Below are positions 1 through 13,161 of a stretch of DNA of 64,000 nt, in pieces. Position numbers and translations under genes: made by a program. Within the stretch, counting starts at the first letter, position 1; every line of letters begins with the position of its first letter. The notes beneath the pieces were generated by a model. It was given only the letters and a program-made list of their open reading frames with translations. It did no database searches and had not been told where the DNA came from. Source of the stretch: Octopus vulgaris (lineage: Eukaryota); the NCBI GenBank assembly GCA_951406725.2, contig OX597814.1, positions 46,128,001-46,192,000 of the forward strand, read 5' to 3'.

Positions 1-75
1 GGAATTTGAACTCAGAACATAAAGACAGACGAAGTACCACTAAGCATTTTGCCCGGCATGCTAACATTTCTGCCT
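1..75 (-). mobile_element. SINE fragment (tRNA-like head); related decayed copies near 6690-6830 (+) and 22310-22440 (-)
   Basis: ggaatttgaactcagaac...ctaagcattttgcccggcatgctaac is the reverse of a B-box-containing SINE head, and a similar motif recurs at 22310-22400. Confidence 0.5.
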
Positions 76-526
76 TATACTATTTAAGCATTGAAAGCAG
101 CAATTTTATAGGAAATACAACATTGAGTAACTACAGAAAACTTTCTCATTATATTGTGCATTATGATTTGTCAGTCTGATGGAGTTCATCTTTCCTCAAG
201 ATACAACTACTGACTGAAATATCTGGAACAAGCAACTGCAAAGTCATAGTCTCAGTTTGTTGAGATCTTCTCTGTCTTTTTGCAGCACTTTTTGCATTCC
301 TTATATAAATTCCAAAATATTCTTAAAGTAACATAGGTAAATATAACAAAGAAAAAAAAATGAGTTTTATAGTTTCACAGTCTTTTACCCTATAGATATA
401 ATATATTCTAGACATGTAGATATCTATTTCAAACCAAAGAGAAAAATAATAAAATATTGATGTTCACAGTAATTTTCACAGAAATTTTAATGCATTTGGT
501 TATATTATTCTCTTGCTTTCTAACAG

Positions 527-724
527 AGTTCATGGAAGGGGGAAAATATTTCTTCAATATTGTGAAGGAAGGTGACACGGTAACATTTGCTACAGAAGAT
601 GAAACAGAGCGTACATTGTGGGTTCAAGCAATATATCGAGCTACAGGACAGACACACAAACCTGTACCTCCTGTAATGCAAACTAATAAAATTAGCAATA
701 CTCAGATATCAAGAATGCAAGGAG
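527..724 (+). CDS. CADPS: CAPS/CADPS (UNC-31) internal exon, C-terminal part of the PH domain
   Basis: Acceptor ttctaacag|AG and donor GGAG|gtaagt, phase 1-1. Encodes (E)[48 protein letters not shown]...ISRMQG, recognisable as the CAPS PH-domain end (FFNxVKEGD, WVQAxYRATGQxHKP). Confidence 0.93.
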
Positions 725-1213
725 GTAAGTTATCATACATACATATATGCCTACATACATATACACATCCATGCATTATGCATGCATGTTCTACTATAGT
801 TTATATTTTCTAAGTAGGGGTAAAAATTCAGATGTTTTTTAATGCTTTTTAATGTTGATTTTTGTTTTTATTAATAACATAATTGAAAATTACATTTCAA
901 AAAAGTAACCATGTAATCAGTTTTTACTTTTTACTATTGCCTTGATTGTTCAACATTTGAAGTATGTGAATGATCATATACTTAAATGTTATTAATCATC
1001 TCCAGACATTTTATATTTGACTGTCTGGGATTATGAACTTGTGTGTTGCACTGAAGCATTTGAGTTGCTGTCTTTGATTGTATGTGCTCAACCAGATATA
1101 ATCAGGGTTACTCAGCAGCAACAACAATCCTTAACCTATGTATCAAAAGTTAAGAATCTTTTGACAATTTTAATTTCACTATTTTTATTTACTATTATAA
1201 ATTTATTTTCTAG

Positions 1214-1350
1214 ATGCAGATAGAGCCCGAAAACATGGATTAGATGAATTTGTCCAGGCAGATCCATGTCTCTTTGATCATCATGAAATGTTTAGCCTTC
1301 TGCAAAATTTATCCCTTGATTATAGATTAAATGATACTTACACTTCACTA
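1214..1350 (+). CDS. CADPS: CADPS internal exon
   Basis: ttttctag|AT...CTA|gtaagt, in frame with the previous exon: DADRARKHGLDEFVQADPCLFDHHEMFSLLQNLSLDYRLNDTYTSL. Confidence 0.93.
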
Positions 1351-2290
1351 GTAAGTATACTTGAACTAATTTTTATGTTATTTTTATTTTGATCAATGCA
1401 TTTATACTAGCACTTTTTAACTGGTGATATTTACAACTTTATCTCAAGAATAGATTAAATCCGAAGTTTAAAAAAATACAAGTTGAATTGAAGATTTTTT
1501 TTATTTCAATACATTGCCAATCAACTTTCTCTAAATTTATTTCCATGATTACTGTAAATCTTATTTTGGTATAAAACCAAAGAATATGCTTTTGATAAAT
1601 ATCTATAGCAGTCATGGAGAATCAGTAAAGCCTTGTTTAAAATCATATAAACTGTATACTTGCTTGTCTTGACAAATAATTTTCTTATATATATGTGAGG
1701 TTTATGCTTAGGCTATTTTAATGTATCACTTTTGAATTCACAATGTTTAGTTATTCTTTCATTAATAAAATTTAATAAATCTACTTTAATCTGGTTTTGA
1801 GTATGTATCATTCTTATGTCTTTTGACTACGTTTGCTGTTGAAGTAAGACACCTTCAATAGCTAATGACAGTAGATAAATACTGAAATAAATAAAAACAA
1901 AGTTGTAGAAGCAAAAACATAAAAACTAATGAAAGATGAAAACAAAGATATTTATAATTGAAAAATAGGATTTTCATATCATTCCATGGAATGAGTTTAT
2001 AATTTAACCGAAATTCCTTCAGCCTCTACCAGTAGCTCATTTTTTTGTTTTGAGGCAAACTTCTTGTTGCAGCAGCATTGGATTACCTTGAATTCCAAAG
2101 TTTGTTCGAGACAATTTGGTAACTTAATTATAGGCATAGTATAGGCAGCACAGAACAAATGTCTTTCACAAGACTAACATGGTTTGCTTCTTAGCTGTTT
2201 ACTTTTGGAAAAGTATCTTCTTCTATAGCCCCGAGGTGACTAATACTTTGTGAGGGAATTTGAAAGACTGGAACTGAAAGAAGTCTATAA

Positions 2291-2293
2291 TGT

Positions 2294-2354
<61 letters not shown>
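2291..2354. repeat. (TG)n microsatellite within or after a decayed SINE (about 2130-2570)
   Basis: Directly visible TG run. Confidence 0.9.
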
Positions 2355-2359
<5 letters not shown>

Positions 2360-2749
2360 TTAGAAAGTATGCTGAGCTTTTGTGCAACCAGTGATGTCTT
2401 TTGTCTGCTATTTATATGCTTTTGAATTCTTCTGGACAAAAAAAAAAATCACTTGCTTGTAAAACAAGGATTGACTTCAGGAAGACCAGCAAGCTGTAAA
2501 AATCCCTCTTCAGTTACCTTCCATCTAAGTTATGTTAATATGGAAAAATGAACATTAAAAGAAATGATAATGCCTTTCTTTTTATAATAAAATATTTTTG
2601 CCATCATGGTAATTGATAAAGGATGTATTACAGCTTTATATGTAAAGATCTATTTCAGCTATTATTAGCCATGAGAATATACATATAAGTGTCCTTTCTT
2701 CTCTTTCACATTACTCTTTTATGTTAATATTGTGTATTCATTTATTTAG

Positions 2750-2937
2750 GGTTGGTTTAGTCCAGGCCAAGTTTTTGTCTTGGATGAATATACTGCTCGT
2801 TATGGTGTCCGGGGTTGTCATCGGCACCTTTGTTATTTGAATGATTTACTGACTCGGGCTGAAAAAGGAACAATGATTGACCCAACCTTAATTCACTATA
2901 GTTTTGCCTTTTGTGCATCCCATGTTCATGGAAATAG
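2750..2937 (+). CDS. CADPS: CADPS internal exon
   Basis: tttatttag|GGT...AAT AG|gtaaga. Encodes [62 protein letters not shown](R), a highly conserved CAPS block. Confidence 0.95.
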
Positions 2938-3394
2938 GTAAGAAATTATTTTTCTTGTATCATTTTTGTTTTCATAAAACACATTACTCTGGCATATTAA
3001 ACTATATAAATCATAATTTACTTTTATAAGTTTTACCATTCAGTGTATTCACTATCAAAAACAATTAGGCGCTGTTATTTTTGTGATATTATATTTCTCA
3101 AAAGCTAGGAAGTCCAATTTTTTATTATCGATTATAATCGATAATAATTATTACTGAGCAAAATAAATATTTTTGTTACCTTTTTAGATATTTTCTTAAA
3201 ATGTTATTTAGATATTAAACATACAAGCCAGCTGCATTCAGTATACAATATGTTTGCAAAAAAAAAGTACAATAGAAGTACATTCTTATTCAGTGGTACA
3301 TAGCAACACAAATTCTCTTAATTATTAGTGAGTATAGTAGTAATGCATGACACATTCAAATAATCTTAATCTATGAATAGCTGTTCAAAAGCAG

Positions 3395-3449
<55 letters not shown>

Positions 3450-3989
3450 ATTGAATACCTGATTTATTACAGTTGAATCTCATTCAGAAAAGTTCAGTAT
3501 TAATGATTCACATTTAAGAAATAAGAAACTAGCTCAGAAAGACTGAAAGATATGTGACTATAAAGTGCAATCATTATCAAGTAGCTGGAAGTGAGGATAC
3601 ATATCGGTATACATAACAAAGCAGGAAGTTGAAAAAAAGAGGGTTACATATGTTCTATATCATGAGAATTAGAAGTGTAAGGTATTTCATATTGCATTGC
3701 TATATACCAGAAAATTGGGATATTGGGAACTGCAAATTTATTACTTCAATAAGATACAGTCACTTTAAAATTTGATAAGAGTTATTTCCCTGTGATATTG
3801 GAAACAATGAAGTTGGTCATCATTTTCAATACAGCTGTTTCACTTTTACATGACTAAGAGTTGTCACATTAAATGCCAGTATAACATGTTTTTAGTTAAT
3901 GATAAAGTTTAAATAAATCACTGATAAAGAAAAAAAATTATGTTGAAGCTTTTGATGAAAAAGAGGAGGATATAGCATCACATAATGGG

Positions 3990-5145
3990 GAGGACAACTG
4001 GAGGTTCCTACAGGGCAACCAGTTGAGGGATACTGACCAGATCTATGGCTGGTGCAAAGTTCCCACTCAAACTAAAGTAATGTGGTGGTGCAACAATGTA
4101 GTTGACTAAGCCATTAGGGAAAAGAAACAGGCATGGAAGGAATGGAAGTGTGGTGATAGCAGAGAACTGTATCAGATCACCAGAAGTGAAGCTAGGAGAC
4201 AGGTTTACTTATTTTGACAGCTATACTCTTGGAGCATCCACCTCCACTACTAACTTGGCCACCTGGGTAACAGAAGCTACCTACTACTTCTAGCTTACTC
4301 CCATGGCAGTTGATGTACATTTTTGGTGTTTATCGTACCTGTGCACCTACCATGCACAAAAGCTATTTTCTGTGTTAACCTTCCTCTGATATTGCTGCAC
4401 TTTTTATGTGTCCAAAGCTTAAACTGGATGCATCTTACTGAGTTACTATTTACACCTTTTCAACACATCGAGCAGGGCCATCTATCTGAAGGGACTTGTG
4501 ATTTGTCTGCCTTCCTACTTACTAACACTTTGGTTTTTGCTAGGTTAACTCTAAGGCCCTTTGATTCTAGACCTTGCTTCCATACTTGGAACTTCTCTAG
4601 TTCTGGTAGTGATTCAGCTATAAGAACAAGGTCATTATCATAGAGGAGCTCCCAGGGGTAGCCTGTCTTGAATTCCTCTGTTATTGCCTGGAGGACTATG
4701 ATAAACAAGAGTGGACTGAAGACTAATCCTTGGTGAACCCCTACTTGTACCCTGAATTCTTTGTTGTACTCATTGCCAATCCTCACTTTAATGGTAGCAT
4801 CTTTGCACATGGCTTATACAGCTCTCACCAGCCACTTGTCTATCCCTAGTTTCCACATTGACCACCAGATAAGGGATTGGGGGACCCTGACAAAAGCTTT
4901 CTCCAAGTCAACAAAAGCTAAATACAGAGGTTTATCTTTGGCTAGGTATTTCTCCTGCAACTACCTTACCAGAAGTATAGCATTAGTGGGGCTTCTCCCT
5001 GGTACAAAACCAACCTGCATCTCATCTAGACTAATTCTCCCCTAATTAGTTGGGTTATGACTCTGAGTCCTTAACTTTCATCACCTGATCCAACAATTTG
5101 ATTCCTCTGTACTTATTTCTGTCCAAGGCATCACCTTGGTATACT
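3990..5145 (-). mobile_element. Decayed RTE-clade LINE: RT fragment on - (4215-5145) with an inverted upstream fragment on + (3990-4210)
   Basis: ORF 4460-4810(-) has GVHQGLVFSPLLFIIVL and ELLYDNDLVLIAES (RT motifs). The + piece resembles the region on the - strand near 44700-44820. Confidence 0.8.
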
Positions 5146-6230
5146 TACCTGGTGTAAGTACAACAGGCCATATATGGTTGTATGGGACAGGGAAAAAGAG
5201 ATTAGCTACCCAGTAGACGTGAATGTCTCTTCAAATACTTGGGAAAAGGGGAACATCTATGGAGAACCAATGAAAAACCTACAGCTCTTATATCCAGACT
5301 ACAAATCTTTGTTTTCATCATAGGTGCCCTGTGCTACATAACAACCTATTAACATAGAAATCTAGGAAGGTCCTCTGAAAATGAACACAGCAGACAGATT
5401 TGCATTCTCCAGATACAGTCAGAGGAACAATGAAAAATTGTAAGACAGTTCAGGGATTCTTCATCTGAGGTTCCTAAATGAACATATACACACAACAACA
5501 TCTACATATGGAATACACACACACACACACACACACACACATAACAATGAAACATACACACTTGTGTTTTGCTGTGAGATGCAGACTCATGAGTGCAAGA
5601 GTATCCACATATACATATGCACAATGCACACATGTATGCATGCATCAACCAATTCATGTAACCACAAACTCCAAAAGCTGTCTTGACTTTAAAAAATGAG
5701 AAAAATAGGAACCTTGCCACTTTGTTAGTGACCAGCTTGAACTTTGCAAAGGCAGAAAAACTTAAAATAAATTCCAGAGAAAACATATATCTATCAATCA
5801 ATCAGTCAGGTGCAAGAATTGCTGTGTAGTTAAGAGGTGCTAGTTAAGAAGCACCGGCATGCCAGGCTGATTAACAAGTTTGCTTCATAACCATATGGTC
5901 TGAAGTTTGCTCTTGCTAGATAGCATGTGTCTGTTACATGGGCAAGTAGTCATCTACTATACTTGTAAATATGTGTGTGTGTGTGTGTGTGTTCCCATTT
6001 TATTAACATTGTTCATGTCTGTTGCAAAAATTGGCCTTTGAGAGATTTATTATTTGAAAGACCAGAAGAATAAGTAACTTATTTGTTGTAAGGGCTGTTG
6101 CTAAGAAGGGCGTCTAGCCATAGAAAAACTTCCTCAATTATTCTTGTTGATATAATATTTTATTACTTAAATATTGGTGTAAGGATAGCATTTCATAACT
6201 GTTTCTATGAGATTTTTTTATATTTTGCAG

Positions 6231-6332
6231 GCCTGATGGCATAGGAACAGTTCTTCTCTCTGAAAAAGAGAAGTTCGATGAGATTAAGGAGCGATTGCGT
6301 GTACTATTGGAGAATCAGATCACAAACTTTAG
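6231..6332 (+). CDS. CADPS: CADPS internal exon
   Basis: ttttgcag|G CCT...TTT AG|gtaatt, phase 2-2: (R)[33 protein letters not shown](R). Confidence 0.94.
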
Positions 6333-6967
6333 GTAATTTCATTTTTGCCATGTCTTTTTGATGCAAGTTGCTCAGAAGTTTAAATAAAACCTCATGAATT
6401 ATGTCCAACTGAAGTTGTTATTAACATCAGCTGTTTAATTTGTAAATTGTTACATATCAATAATATCATACTTTTGAAAACTTTAATGAAAAACTTGTTC
6501 CTATGGCCTCCTTCAATATATTCACTTTTCAGTTATTCATTACATGAGATCTTTAATATTTATCTACTTCCATCAATAAATTTAAGATTAATTTACTAGT
6601 TAAATGTTTCTTAACTGCATCTAGAAGAAAAGATTTAAAATCTATATTGTTTATTAAACAAGTTGCAAGGGAAAGAAAAGTGTAATTGGTAGTAGAATCA
6701 TTAGAGTGCCAGGTAAAATGTCTTGTATTAAATTACGTCCTGTTATGTTCCAAATTAGTCAACTTTACTTTTCTCACTTTCAATTTGATAAAATATGTAA
6801 TGGAAATAAGTATTGAATGTTAGAAACCAGTATAAAAGAAGTAGCAAAATTATATATTTTTACTAAATATTATTAAATGAGTTGAAATTATTTCGAAAAT
6901 TAATTCTATGTGTGTATTGTTTATCAAATTCGTTTCTGAATATTACATTTGTAATTTTATTTTGTAG

Positions 6968-7031
6968 ATATTCCTTTCCATTTGGAAGGCCTGAAGGTGC
7001 TCTGAAAGCTACTTTATCTTTGTTAGAACGC
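6968..7031 (+). CDS. CADPS: CADPS internal exon
   Basis: ttttgtag|A TAT...CGC|gtaagt: (R)[21 protein letters not shown]. Confidence 0.94.
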
Positions 7032-7963
7032 GTAAGTAAAATGAGATTCTTGTTAGTTTTTGTTTCTACAATTAATTCAACTTTTTCTTCAAAGTTTGAA
7101 TAAATGTACAATTTTAAAAAACATTTTAATGTGCATTAATTATTTGATTGCTCTCATTTAATTAAATTTAATCCAAGACTACATAGGAACTACACAATCA
7201 GAATCAATTACTAGCAAGAGATTAACACAGTATCTTTTAGCTGTATTTTAAACTACTATTTCCATTGACTTGATATGCAAGAAATTATAAAAATTTTAAC
7301 TTTTTATCATAATTTTAGTTAGAGAACTGTGTAGCTATAATCTAAAATGAACACTTCTCATCTGATATCTTGTATTTTGTAAAAGTAAATGAGTATGCAT
7401 TTGTTAAATATTTATATATATGCTGTAGTTTTCTATCTTCTTGTCATGAATTGTTTCAATTGTTATCATTAAATATTTTTCATATTAGACAAATTTTCAT
7501 ATCTCTTTGGAAATGTTCAACTTATTTAATAATTATCTAGCACTGTTTAATCTGTATCATATAACTACATCTTTTTCAATATCATATATTACAAGTCATT
7601 CTCTCTAAGGCTAAATACCATGGCATTCTTCATTGTTATGTCTTTGTTCTCTAAATTTAAAATAACTTAAAGATGTTACTGAATGAATCCACTCAGTTGA
7701 ACTCCTTTATAATTGTTTACTGTTTTATTTGTCAGCAATAAGAAAAAGAAAGCTTAGGTTTCATCAGTGAGACCTATGAAGTAAATCTATTACTTTGGTT
7801 CTTAATTTTAGAAATTTTTTTCTTATTTTAGAAATTTGTTTCTTAGATAAGCTCAATTTCATATTTCTCAGGACCTTATTGTTACTTCTGTTCTTTAATA
7901 TGTTTATTATTTAAGTTGCATAAAATTAGCATTCTGTCTATTTTACAAAGAAATCCCCTCAAG

Positions 7964-8650
7964 TCATCATCATTATTTAAAATCCTTTTTCCATGCTGGC
8001 ATGGGTTGGAAGGTTTGACCAGAGCTAGCCAGCTGTGGACTAGACTAGGTTCCAGTGAGATTTGACTTCTATGACTGGATGCCTTTCACAATGCCAACCA
8101 CTTTACAAAGTGCTGGGTGCTTTTTACATGGCACCTGCGCAAGTGCTTTTTACATGGCCTGACACAAATACTTCCTACATGTCTCGACATAGGTGCTTTT
8201 AATGTGACCTGGCTCTTGTATGTTTTACATGACACAGGCATAGGTAATTTTTACATGATACCAGCATGGGTGCTTTTTATGTGGAACTAGAATGAAGCTC
8301 TTGTAAGGCAAAAACCCTTTCAGCTAAAGGGGAGAATTAACTATCCTTCTGTGGTACAAAATAATATTCTAATAATCATCATCATCATCCATATCATCAT
8401 TTAATGTCCATTTTCCATGCTGGCATGAGTTGAATGAGCTGACAGGAGCTGGCAAGCTAGAGAGCTGCACCAGGTTCCAATTGTCTGTTTTGGCATAATT
8501 TCTACAACTGGATGCCTTACCTAACACCAACCACTTTACAAAGTGTACTGGGTGCTTTTTACATGGTACTGGCACATGTGCTTTTTATGTGAAACCAGCA
8601 CATGTACTTTTTATGTGATACTGGCACCATGGGGTTTCCAAGTAACTTAT
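7964..8650 (-). mobile_element. Two tandem copies of a SINE family with an (ATG)n tail and internal ~21-nt gtgcttttta(c/t)(a/g)tg repeats
   Basis: Both start catcatcat..tttaa..tcc..tttccatgctggcatg(g/a)gttg; the same family occurs at 14780, 27059, 34072, 56831 and 60690. Confidence 0.75.
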
Positions 8651-9782
8651 ATGACAAAGACCTCTTAGTTGAAAGAGGGAGTGGAACTGAAGGAAGTGGC
8701 TGTGTGCTAGGCAAGAGGTTAGAGACAGTTGTTTTACTATAGAGGAGAGACTTGGCCATCCCAGTAGGACAAGGAAGGAGAAGGAAGATGGGAAGGAGTT
8801 AAAGAGAAAGATAGAGAGAGAGAGAGATGGACACCCTGATTAACTGTACAAGTGACTAGCCGATATCCCTCTTTGCCAGATATTTAAGCATCTTGGCAGT
8901 GATTCCTCTCTTCAAAGACTGATTTGCCCTATCTACCAAACTACTATGGATTCAGTTAACTGGTCCCTCTGTTGGGTTCACATTAGGCTGACTCTCCTCA
9001 CATGCATTCTCTACATTTAGCAGCTTTTCATAATGGCACTTTCAAGCCTCTTTCTTTGCAGAATTGCTAACTGCAAGTGAAATGTCATCCATGCAAATGC
9101 ACTTCTCTCCTACAATATTGCAATTTTCTCTAGCTTTGTCTTGCAATCCAAAACATCTTAAGTCTCTGCTTCTCTTGTTGCAGAACATTGACAAACTTCT
9201 TCCTTTCTGCTTCTCCCCTAGCTAAATATACCTGTCTCCTACCTTCCCTTCTAGCTACCTGATACAGTTCTCTGCTACCACCTCTCTTCCAGTCCTGTTT
9301 CTTTGTTCTAATGGCCCTATCTACTACACTGTTGCACTACCTTAACACCTTAAGTCTGGATGGGACTTTGTATCAGCCACAAATTTGGTCAGTGGCTCTC
9401 ATTAAGTTGACCTATGAGAACTTAAAGATGACCTCAATATTATATATCACTATCTCATTCTCGTCAAATGCTTCAATTAGATGTCTCTAAATTTCTGACT
9501 ATTCAGAGGAGACTTAAGCTTCCAGATCTTTCTTTTCCATATTGGTTTGCTTCTTGGAATCCTAGTCTGAAATCTGAAATTACATCTTCCAGTCAATTCA
9601 TATATTACTTTATTTTGTCCAAATTTAGCAATAACAAGAAACATACTTAGAGTTTGCATTATTAAAAATTAAAATTTAGTTTGCTACTAATAACTTGGAT
9701 TTACAATCTCTGAATTTGAACAAATAATTTATTTGTAAATTTAATTTCATTCGACATATATATGTATTTTTATTTATTTTAG

Positions 9783-9906
9783 GTTCTGATGAAAGATATA
9801 GTGACACCAGTCACTCCTGAAGAAGTTAGGAAAGTTATTAAGAAATGTTTGGAAAATGCTGCGTTAGTTAATTATACTAAGATATCTGAATATGCAAAAA
9901 TTGAAG
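9783..9906 (+). CDS. CADPS: CADPS internal exon, last clear constitutive exon in the window
   Basis: tattttag|GTT...GAA G|gtaggt: [41 protein letters not shown], ending in phase 1. Confidence 0.94.
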
Positions 9907-10059
9907 GTAGGTTCTTCTTTATTTACCTCCTTTATGTGTTCCAACCTGAAGGCTGTAACCATGCTGGGGTGCTGACATCATTAAGGGCTATCAAGAAAGA
10001 CTTTAGACATTGTATGAGCTTGTTATTAAGTTTTTAGCTATTTCACAGAAACTGTGAAA

Positions 10060-10380
10060 GTGCATGGCTTAATGGTTGATGTATTCAGCTCACAATTGTA
10101 AGGTCATGTGTTTGATTCCCAGTGGCATGTTGTGTCCTTGAGCAAGACACCTTATTTCATGTTGCTCCAGTCCACTCAACTTGTAAAAATGAGTTGTACA
10201 TGTATTCAAAGGGCCAGCCTTGTCACATTCTGTGTCACACTTAATGTCCCTGAGAACTATGTTAAGGATACACTTGTCTGTGGAGTGCTCAGCCACTTAC
10301 ATATTAATTTTATGAGCAGGCTGTTCTGTTGATTGGGTCAACTGAAACACTTGTCATCATAACTGATGGAGTATCAGTTT
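10060..10380 (+). mobile_element. tRNA-derived SINE
   Basis: A-box-like tggcttaatggtt, B-box-like gtttgattcc, and a central gtgtccttgagcaagacac motif common in invertebrate SINEs. Confidence 0.6.
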
Positions 10381-10651
10381 TTATTTCGCAGAAACATATT
10401 TGTAATGACTAATGCAATATATTTTCTAAATATGAAAAGAATTTGTCTGTTATTTAAGGTAAAAGAAATTTTTTTTTATTTTTAAAGGATTTTTAAAAAG
10501 ATTGAAACAGATAATTTTAAAGTGATTTTACCAGAAAATATGTCTTAATAAATTCTGTCCAACCTATGTGATGGTGATGATTTATATCTATGTGTATACA
10601 CATGGACACACAGACATGTGTATACAGACACACACAGACACAAAGACATCT

Positions 10652-10684
<33 letters not shown>

Positions 10685-10842
10685 ACTCTTCTTTCAGTTT
10701 CTATCAACCAAATCCAGTTACATGACTTTGGTTTACCCAGCGCTTTAATAAAAGACACTTATCCAAGGCGCCATGCTGTGGGGATGAACCCAAAATTACA
10801 TGATTGGAAAGTAGGCTTTGCAGCCACATAGCCATGCCTACA
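10685..10842 (-). mobile_element. tRNA-derived SINE head, same family as 63893-64000, next to a (CA)n tract
   Basis: Reverse complement reads ggcatggctatgtgg...gggttcatccccac...ggcgccttgg. Confidence 0.6.
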
Positions 10843-11127
10843 TCTACCGTTTCTATTATTGACATAATTCTGTAAAATGTGGAGTGGACTTGCTGTGCAG
10901 TATTTATATTTTGTATTGATCCTAATTAATAACTCATTAATAAACTTATAGCTTTTATTTATATTACTATATTATTATATATCACATTCTACTCATTTTC
11001 CTCCTATTTTCATTTTGAAAATAAATCCCTTCATCCTACTTTCCAGGTTCTTAGACAAAACTTTCAATTATATTTAAAAAAAAGTTTTTACTTATTTCAT
11101 CTAATGATAATACATCTATCTTTACAG

Positions 11128-11145
11128 CAAATGAACGTGCTGCTG
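11128..11145 (+). CDS. CADPS: Candidate 18-nt CADPS microexon, (A)NERAA
   Basis: Branch-like ctaat at 11101, then ctatctttacag|CA AAT GAA CGT GCT GCT G|gtatga. Phase 1-1 and frame-preserving. TGCATG at 11207. Confidence 0.65.
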
Positions 11146-11987
11146 GTATGAAAATGTTCATATATTTGTTGTTGTTTTTTTTTTGTTGTTTTGTGTTTAG
11201 TTTCAGTGCATGTTATTGTTATGCAGTTGTCTTTAAAATTAGAATTAAGTTGATGTCTTTGTTGTTGCTTTATATATATTTTGAAAAAAAAATAAAGTTA
11301 TTGTAATTTGTAGTTCATCATCATCATCATTGTTTAATTTCTGCCCTCCTTGCTTGCATGGATAGGATAGTATTACAATTAATTATATCTATTATGTTTC
11401 TTAAATTCATTTATGTAATCTTTTAATTCTTTTACTTATATCTAACAATTATAGTTATATATATATTTAGATACTAATTTCTGCTTATTTAATTTGTGAA
11501 CAATTATTTTCCTGTTGTAATCTATGTTAAACTTAACATCTGTATCAACTTTATTTATCCATCTTCCCTTTTTTAGATAGGACATATACAAATTAAAAAC
11601 AAAAAATTGCATGAAAAGTTTATGAAGATTGATAAATCATATAATTTCATACTAGTTGTTTAATAATGACAAAAATATATAAAACACACTAGTAAATGTA
11701 ATTGGTTTCAAAATATCACTTTTCTATGATGATGGTTGTCATTTAAAACTTATGACTTAACCTTCCTGTTGACATGGAAATGTTGATGTAAAATGATGTC
11801 ATTAGAACTACCAGCTATATTTTAGTATTTCCTTATATCTTGTATACAATTTAGATAACAATGGTGTCATGCTGGTGTTGAAAGAGTTGATGTAGGATGA
11901 TAATATATTATCCTTGGTTATTGTGTTAGACTTTCAGTCTTTTCAATGAGGCATCCTGATGCCAACTCTCACCTGTTTTCAAACATG

Positions 11988-12113
11988 AAGCAGGTGAGAG
12001 TTGGCATCAGGAAGTGTACCCAGTTGTAATAAACTCTGCCCCAACATAGTTTCATCAACTCATGCAAGCATGGAAAAGTAGGCATTAAGATGATGATGAT
12101 GATGGATGATGAT
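11988..12113 (+). mobile_element. SINE 3' portion with (GAT)n tail
   Basis: catgcaagcatggaaaag...ttaagatgatgatgatg, the reverse of the family at 7964 and 27059. Confidence 0.65.
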
Positions 12114-13161
12114 GTATATATATGTACGTATTTGTGTTGTGATTTATCTGCATATAATCATTCTGTGTTTCTCTCCTGGCATGTGGCCTTTCATGGCTCA
12201 GAAGACTTACTTTTGAATGTGTAATACTACCCCAGAATCTACAGATGAGATTATCTCTAGACCCTCTGCTACTAAGAACATCAACAGCTTGCAAGTTTTA
12301 CACATATTTCACTATTTAATGGGCAGTTTGATTTTTCTTGAATTGCAGGCTGTACCTCCTAGTTATAGAAGTACCATTTACTTCTGTTCAGTGCAAGATG
12401 TTACCGATTAAATGTTGATGTTCAAGACTTGAGGTTGCCTTTTATGAAATCTCTTTGGTTGGGGATGCTTACTGAAATCTAATTCTCCAGAAAGAAATTG
12501 TTTTTGAAGCCTGAAGTCATCAAAACAGACAATATTTGATGATGTGAAATTCAATACTAAAGCAGATTACCCTGTTCAGCACTTCCATGTCAGGTGTAAA
12601 AGATTTCCAATTGATGTTTAATAAATACCTTAGATACTGCCTCTGCAATCTTGCAAGTATTTTGGTATCAGTACAGAATCCATGTCATAGGTAATTATAG
12701 TAGGGATGTGGTGACAGAAGCATCATAAATGTAAAGCTTGATACAAAGTTACAAACTCCTGTCTAACCAGACTTCTTTCTCTAGTTTACCAAAATACAAC
12801 AAAAGCCTTCTCAGTCCTCAAATTGATCTCAGAATCCAACGATCTATCTCTGGTGTCAGAGTCGCCAAGATACTCAAAAGAATCTTTTACATCCATCTCT
12901 TAACAAGTGTATTTGTTTCCACACATGACTCTCCAACTTATCATAAAATCAAAAGCAATACAGAGAAAGAGTTTCATTACTTCCTTGATATATTGTTCTA
13001 AGTGAATTGTAAGGCCACAGCCATCAGAATATAATAGATCATAAACTAGAGTTAGGAAATCTTTGATTCATCTTTGAAACGTTGCAGATTAAACAATATA
13101 CCTGTTGTGTGATATCTTGCTCACTATCTTTAAATGCATGAACAATCATATCTGCAAAATA

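Noticed and set aside
457-813. 118-aa ORF as a stand-alone gene; likewise 6882-7103 and 9789-10037
   Set aside because: Each is a CADPS exon extended into intron. The splice sites define the true limits.
8110-8290. Regularly spaced ~21-nt repeats (gtgcttttta(c)atg...) resembling a CRISPR array
   Set aside because: They are degenerate internal tandem repeats of a SINE, also seen at 8550-8620, 18140-18290 and 27230-27320. There are no unique spacers or cas genes, and the context is eukaryotic.
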